From NCBI GenBank assembly GCA_963801605.1, contig CAWDFP010000006.1:1376001-1440000 (forward strand): DNA of 64,000 nucleotides, given 5' to 3'. This document shows, piece by piece, positions 59,647 through 64,000 of this stretch. The stretch comes from an uncultured candidate division Zixibacteria bacterium (GTDB lineage: Bacteria > Zixibacteria > MSB-5A5 > UBA10806). The translations under genes and the position numbers were made by a program. The notes beneath the pieces were generated by a model. That model was not told the origin of the DNA, ran no database searches, and saw only the letters and a list, made by a program, of their open reading frames with translations. Every line of letters begins with the position of its first letter. Position 1 is the stretch's first letter.

Positions 59647-61368
59647 ATGGGTTTCAGGAATATGCGACCGATCTTAGAAGGGCAAATGATTGGCGTTAGG
59701 AAGAGATCAATTAGGATAAATGCAGGAACGATAAAACTGATGGCCTTAGTTGCGCTCATCTTAATATTAGTGTTTTCTATGCCTCTGCAAGCACAGGATA
59801 CCGGTAAGGACGATAAAGGAACTTCGCTGAATTCTAAAACGGTGGCAGATTCGACCGCCGTTAAACAAGCCGCACCAATTCCCAAGACTCCTGCAGATAC
59901 TGTTGCCGCTGAGAAAGTTGCACCACCGCCAAAGGCGGGAGCAGATTCATCCGCAATACAGAAGCGAATTGAAGTTCATTCCGAATTGGGCTTAAATACC
60001 AAATGGTATTCGGCGAGAGACTCTATTTTTTACACCAAGTACAACAAGTACGGTTATTTGAAGGATGACGACCCTGTATACAATCCTAAAAAGCCCTGGT
60101 GGCATGTGGCTCTTAAGATTACTGCCTCCAATGTTTTTACAAATACTTATGACATGCATATTCTAAAAGATAACTTTGCGAGAGTGAGCATTCATTCATG
60201 GTCTCATAATATAAAGACAGGATGGGAATGGGATACAGATAGATTCGGAATGAATTTTTTCTTTCATCCATATTCAGGGGCAAGTTATTTCAATTCGGCT
60301 CTTTCCAGTGGATATAATTACTATCAGGCGATCCCCTTTGCAATCGGTGGCAGTTTGATGTGGGAATATTTTGGGGAAAACACTCTTCCGTCGTACAACG
60401 ATATTATCAACACTCCTGTCAGCGGCATGTTTTTGGGAGGAATACTCTACCGGATAAGTTCGAATATTTTGGATGACAGAGCCACCGGTATCGGTAGGTT
60501 TTGGCGAGAGTTAGCAGCTGCGGCCGTAGATCCTTCCAGAGGTTTTGGCAGGCTTACATCGGGCAAGCTTTGGAGGCATACATCGAGAGAGATATATCAG
60601 AAAGAACCTCTTAACATTACATTATCCACCGGGTTGCGTAAACTAAATAATGGACATAGCTTTGGAACGGGATCCAATAGCGCAACATTCAACATTCATC
60701 TTGATTACGGAAATCCGTTCGAAGTAAGATCTCGAAAGCCCTTTGATTACTTTAAATTTCGAACCGATTTAAATTTCGGCGTGGGCAGGAAAACTCTGGA
60801 TAATATAACTGGCTCCGGAATCATATATGGCAATAATTATCATATCGGCTCATTGGAAATGCTGGCGGGTATATTTCAACATTATGACTATTGGGACAAC
60901 AAGACTTTTGAGTTGGGCACAATGGCCTTCGGCGGTGGTGTTGTTTCCAAATTACCCCTCACGAAGAACTCTCAGCTTTACATAACAATTCACCTTAATA
61001 TTGTGCCTCTTGCCGGAAACAGCACCCAATACGGACCCGATACATCTCAATTTAGAGACTATAATTACGGTGGCGGATTCGGAGGAAAAATCGATAACAC
61101 TCTCGAAATTGGGAAAGCGGTTAGCGCTACCTTCATCGGATATTATTATTGGATTCATACCTATGTCGGCCATAAAGGGGATCATTACTTAGGTTTGATC
61201 AGGCCCAGAATCGAACTCAGAATGATTCGCAATTTTAGCCTGGGATTTGAACATCTGGTCTATTACAGCGATAGATACCCGACTGATTTTCCTTCAATCC
61301 ACAAAGTACGGACTGAGCAGAGGGTATATTTAAAAGTATATTTTGAACAGTTCAAGCGAAAAGAATGA
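59647..61368 (+). CDS. DUF3943-like outer-membrane protein (true start probably later, e.g. near 59740)
   Basis: W.WD.D.F..N...HPY.G..YFN.A, GS..WEY.GE...PS.ND..NTP; beta-strand-rich C-terminus. Confidence 0.75.
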   Translation: MGFRNMRPILEGQMIGVRKRSIRINAGTIKLMALVALILILVFSMPLQAQDTGKDDKGTSLNSKTVADSTAVKQAAPIPKTPADTVAAEKVAPPPKAGADSSAIQKRIEVHSELGLNTKWYSARDSIFYTKYNKYGYLKDDDPVYNPKKPWWHVALKITASNVFTNTYDMHILKDNFARVSIHSWSHNIKTGWEWDTDRFGMNFFFHPYSGASYFNSALSSGYNYYQAIPFAIGGSLMWEYFGENTLPSYNDIINTPVSGMFLGGILYRISSNILDDRATGIGRFWRELAAAAVDPSRGFGRLTSGKLWRHTSREIYQKEPLNITLSTGLRKLNNGHSFGTGSNSATFNIHLDYGNPFEVRSRKPFDYFKFRTDLNFGVGRKTLDNITGSGIIYGNNYHIGSLEMLAGIFQHYDYWDNKTFELGTMAFGGGVVSKLPLTKNSQLYITIHLNIVPLAGNSTQYGPDTSQFRDYNYGGGFGGKIDNTLEIGKAVSATFIGYYYWIHTYVGHKGDHYLGLIRPRIELRMIRNFSLGFEHLVYYSDRYPTDFPSIHKVRTEQRVYLKVYFEQFKRKE

Positions 61369-61417
61369 AACACTTTTTGGTAATATTGGGAAGAGTTTGA
61401 AGGCTTCATTAAATATT

Positions 61418-62194
61418 ATGCGACGAAGAATTATATTATCATTCCTTCTTGTATTCATCTACGAATCCTCGCTGTTTGCGCAAAACCATTACAATATCTC
61501 GCGGTTTACACATGAAACCGGTGATTTCTTCAAACAACCTGGCAATTGGCAAGGCAACGATTGGCTTAAATTTAGCCTGTTAGCTTCTGGAACAATTTTA
61601 GTAATGCAAGTTGATCGGCCAATCCGCGATGTTGTCCTAAGAAATAACGGAAGTTACTACCACAGCATTCCGATTGAAGCCGGTAGAGTTTGGGGGGAAT
61701 GGTATACCCCGCCTGTCGTCGTAGGCGGGTTCGCGCTGCATGGATGGCTGGCGCATAATAGCTCGTCAAGAAAAGTCAGCTTTGAAATATTGCAGGCCGT
61801 GCTCTACTCCGAGTCAATTACGGGAGTATTAAAATTCGCTTTTGGAAGGGCCAGGCCGTACGAGAACGAAGGCGCATTCTCTTTTCATCCATTCTCGTTC
61901 AAGAAAGTCGGCTTTCAATCATTCCCCGGCGGACATAGCACCGAAGGTTGGGCAATGTCGGCGGTTCTTTCTCGAAACGCCCAATCAACTGCATTGAAAA
62001 TCGCTGCTTATGCCCCGGCAATACTTACTTTTGTATCACGAATTTATCAGGATCAACACTGGACATCCGATTGTTTTCTCGGCGCCGCAATCGGATATAC
62101 AGTCGGGAATTGGGTTGTGGATATTCATGAGGAAAAGGCATCGGCGGTGAAAGTTTCGGCGATCTATCCATTTATTCTAAGAATCAGCTTTTAA
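61418..62194 (+). CDS. PAP2-family phosphatase
   Basis: K...GRARP, SFPGGH, SRIY..QHW.SD; signal peptide from the ATG at 61418. Confidence 0.85.
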   Translation: MRRRIILSFLLVFIYESSLFAQNHYNISRFTHETGDFFKQPGNWQGNDWLKFSLLASGTILVMQVDRPIRDVVLRNNGSYYHSIPIEAGRVWGEWYTPPVVVGGFALHGWLAHNSSSRKVSFEILQAVLYSESITGVLKFAFGRARPYENEGAFSFHPFSFKKVGFQSFPGGHSTEGWAMSAVLSRNAQSTALKIAAYAPAILTFVSRIYQDQHWTSDCFLGAAIGYTVGNWVVDIHEEKASAVKVSAIYPFILRISF

Positions 62195-62254
62195 TTAGCA
62201 GAATAATCCACCAATCGCGCTCCGTAAAATTACCCGAAAGTGTCTCATCCCAAT

Positions 62255-62360
62255 GGACTAACCCCCTTTTCAATCCTTTGGGCGATTGATAATAAAGCAT
62301 ATCAATATATAATAGGTTCATAGAAAAGTATTAATCGTGGGAAGACAATAGGGGGCTTCC
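62255..62360 (+). promoter_or_regulatory. Conserved island promoter module, copy 4
   Basis: CCCCTTT-TCAATC-CTTTGGGC-GATTGA; TTGATA (62286), 16 bp, TATAAT (62308), AGGTTCATAGA, then a GGAAG/CTTCC hairpin. Confidence 0.8.
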
Positions 62361-62417
62361 AGTTTGTATTCAAATCCGGTACCTATCCGGTAAAATTTTA
62401 AATCCGTGGAGGATAGT

Positions 62418-63077
62418 ATGTATAAGTCTAAATTAGTGATTCTCTGTTCTGCAATTTTCCTGAGTGTAACCTTGCTTTTAGCCGGAGGCTGCCAACAGGG
62501 CGCGGAAAATGCCTCGGCGGCCAAAAGCAACGTTACTCCTGTTGTACCGCAGCAAGCCAAGCTGATCGTTCCGGGTTCGACACAGTTCCTCGTCACCCTT
62601 AATGAGACTGTGGAAACCAATAAAAACCAGGTTGGTGACATTGTTAGTGGCCAACTGGCTAAATCCATCGATGTGGCAGGAAAGGTAGTCCTTCCCGAGG
62701 GGTCGAATGTTAATATGATCATCACCCAGCTTGTTAAAGGGGGTACGATGAAAACGAGACCTGAAATCGCCTTTACTATCAGGGATATCACCCTGGCCGA
62801 TGGGAGGGTCTATTCCATAGAGTCAAACCAAGTCTATGAAAAGGGACGAAGTCACACCGGGCGTGAGGTTGGAATGATCGGTGGCGGAGCAGCAGCGGGC
62901 GCGGTTGTTGGCGCCTTGCTTGGTAAAGGGAAAGGGGCCGTTATCGGAGCGGTTGCCGGAGCAGCGGCAGGAACCGGCGCTTCGGCTCTAACGGGTCGAC
63001 AGAATCTGGTTTATTCGGCTGGCGAGATGATAACTTTCACTTCGACACAACCAATAACCGTGACCATGCGGCGGTAA
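62418..63077 (+). CDS. Glycine-zipper lipoprotein
   Basis: GGAGG before the ATG at 62418; AGGC lipobox; IGGGAAAGAVVGALLG.GKGAVIGA. Confidence 0.8.
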   Translation: MYKSKLVILCSAIFLSVTLLLAGGCQQGAENASAAKSNVTPVVPQQAKLIVPGSTQFLVTLNETVETNKNQVGDIVSGQLAKSIDVAGKVVLPEGSNVNMIITQLVKGGTMKTRPEIAFTIRDITLADGRVYSIESNQVYEKGRSHTGREVGMIGGGAAAGAVVGALLGKGKGAVIGAVAGAAAGTGASALTGRQNLVYSAGEMITFTSTQPITVTMRR

Positions 63078-63144
63078 TGATTCAGGGGGTTGTTAGTTTA
63101 ATAATAGGAGTTTTCAGCGTAACATTTTCTGAAAGGATTGAAAA

Positions 63145-63651
63145 ATGAAAAATTGGATTACCATCACATTTATTATTCTGCTATTCGCGGTTACTGCGAA
63201 TGCCGGCAGCCGTCACATCGGTTATTACGGCATGGGGCCGCGGGTTGGATTTACGATTAATCCCGACCAGTTTCATTTCGGGGGCCAGGTGGATTTCGGA
63301 GAAATCACCACTAATTTGATGATGGTTCCGAATTTGGAAATCGGGTTTGGCGATAACCTGACTACGGTTGCACCATCTTTTGAGCTTGATTATCGCTTTC
63401 GCACTGATTGGGGAGTCTGGTCGCCATATCTGGGCGGCAGCGCGGGCCCGATTTTCTATTCATACAGGCATCATGGCAACGATCCTTACGGGCACAATGG
63501 CAGCGATACCCAATTTGGTTTATATATTCAAGGCGGAATCCTCAAAGGATTTTCTGGCAGAAATTCGGGATATTTCTTCATGGAAGGCAAGCTTGGACTG
63601 GCCGATGCGCCCGATGCGAAGTTTACTATCGGTTGGACATTCGGGAATTAA
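63145..63651 (+). CDS. Small outer-membrane beta-barrel-like protein
   Basis: Signal peptide; alternating strands, PYLGG..G, C-terminal FTIGWTF. Confidence 0.7.
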   Translation: MKNWITITFIILLFAVTANAGSRHIGYYGMGPRVGFTINPDQFHFGGQVDFGEITTNLMMVPNLEIGFGDNLTTVAPSFELDYRFRTDWGVWSPYLGGSAGPIFYSYRHHGNDPYGHNGSDTQFGLYIQGGILKGFSGRNSGYFFMEGKLGLADAPDAKFTIGWTFGN

Positions 63652-63852
63652 CCGTTGACTAAACCATTGGAAAATTTGACTCCCGGAAAGCAAATTGTTT
63701 TGCTCAGGGGGGCAACACGAGGAATGCGTAGATAACAAAATGACCATCAAGGCATCGTAATCCTCGACTGATTAGATTAAAGGATTTACGCCGGCCGATA
63801 GGGGGATTTATCGGTCGGCGGCAATTCCCAAACTTAGGGAAAGGAGATTTAT

Positions 63853-64000
63853 ATGTTGTGGACAATAGCAGTAGTGCTGCTGATTTTATGGGCACTAGGA
63901 TTAGTTGCCGGCTACACGATAAGTGGATTCATTCACGTTTTGCTGGTGATCGCAATTATAGTCGTACTGATTCGGGTAATAACCGGACGAAGGCCCGTTT
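63853..64000 (+). CDS. lmo0937-family small membrane protein (stop just beyond window), missed by the ORF track
   Basis: AAGGAG RBS; MLWTIAVVLLILWALGLVAGYTISGFIHVLLVIAIIVVLIRVITGRRPV. Confidence 0.85.
   Translation, partial: MLWTIAVVLLILWALGLVAGYTISGFIHVLLVIAIIVVLIRVITGRRPV

Larger units (their letters stand above)
48569..64000. mobile_element. tRNA-Leu-anchored genomic island (decayed; right end not in window)
   Basis: Integrase remnant next to the tRNA; abrupt switch from housekeeping to accessory genes; internal tRNA remnant. Confidence 0.65.

Overview
Bacterial chromosome segment. It is most consistent with a non-Bacteroidota FCB-group lineage such as Zixibacteria; this is inferred from T9SS genes and C-terminal sorting domains (CTDs) occurring together with canonical Shine-Dalgarno sites and TTGACA/TATAAT-like promoters. 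Layout: (1) coaE end, a small Cys protein and a DUF554 gene. (2) An ~18 kb envelope/T9SS locus: PorU-like C25 peptidase, an unusually long PorV-family protein with a ~530-aa propeller/LysM-like insertion, an M6 metalloprotease with CTD, two DUF5683-like paralogues, an NHL lipoprotein, a large outer-membrane protein, an Omp85 gene and a DGGGPS-like UbiA prenyltransferase, followed by two cupredoxins. (3) A ~6 kb accessory patch (21.9-28.0 kb) packed with several palindrome (REP-like) families in a nested arrangement, carrying MBL-fold, DUF6144-like and NDT-like genes. (4) moxR-DUF58-bat operon, a flippase-like gene and nth. (5) pfkA-gap-[two FN3-repeat lipoproteins]-pgk-tpiA-secG-tRNA-Leu(GAG). 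(6) A tRNA-anchored island from ~48.6 kb to the window end. It has a decayed tyrosine integrase, an internal tRNA-fMet remnant, three orphan atypical NarL-family regulators, four copies of a conserved palindrome-plus-promoter module, a degenerate ECF sigma, an RRM protein, a GT4/GH130 pair and stress-type envelope genes. At least six single-base frameshifts split otherwise intact genes, which suggests assembly indel errors. No CRISPR array or rRNA was seen. All family calls come from motif recognition by eye, not database searches.
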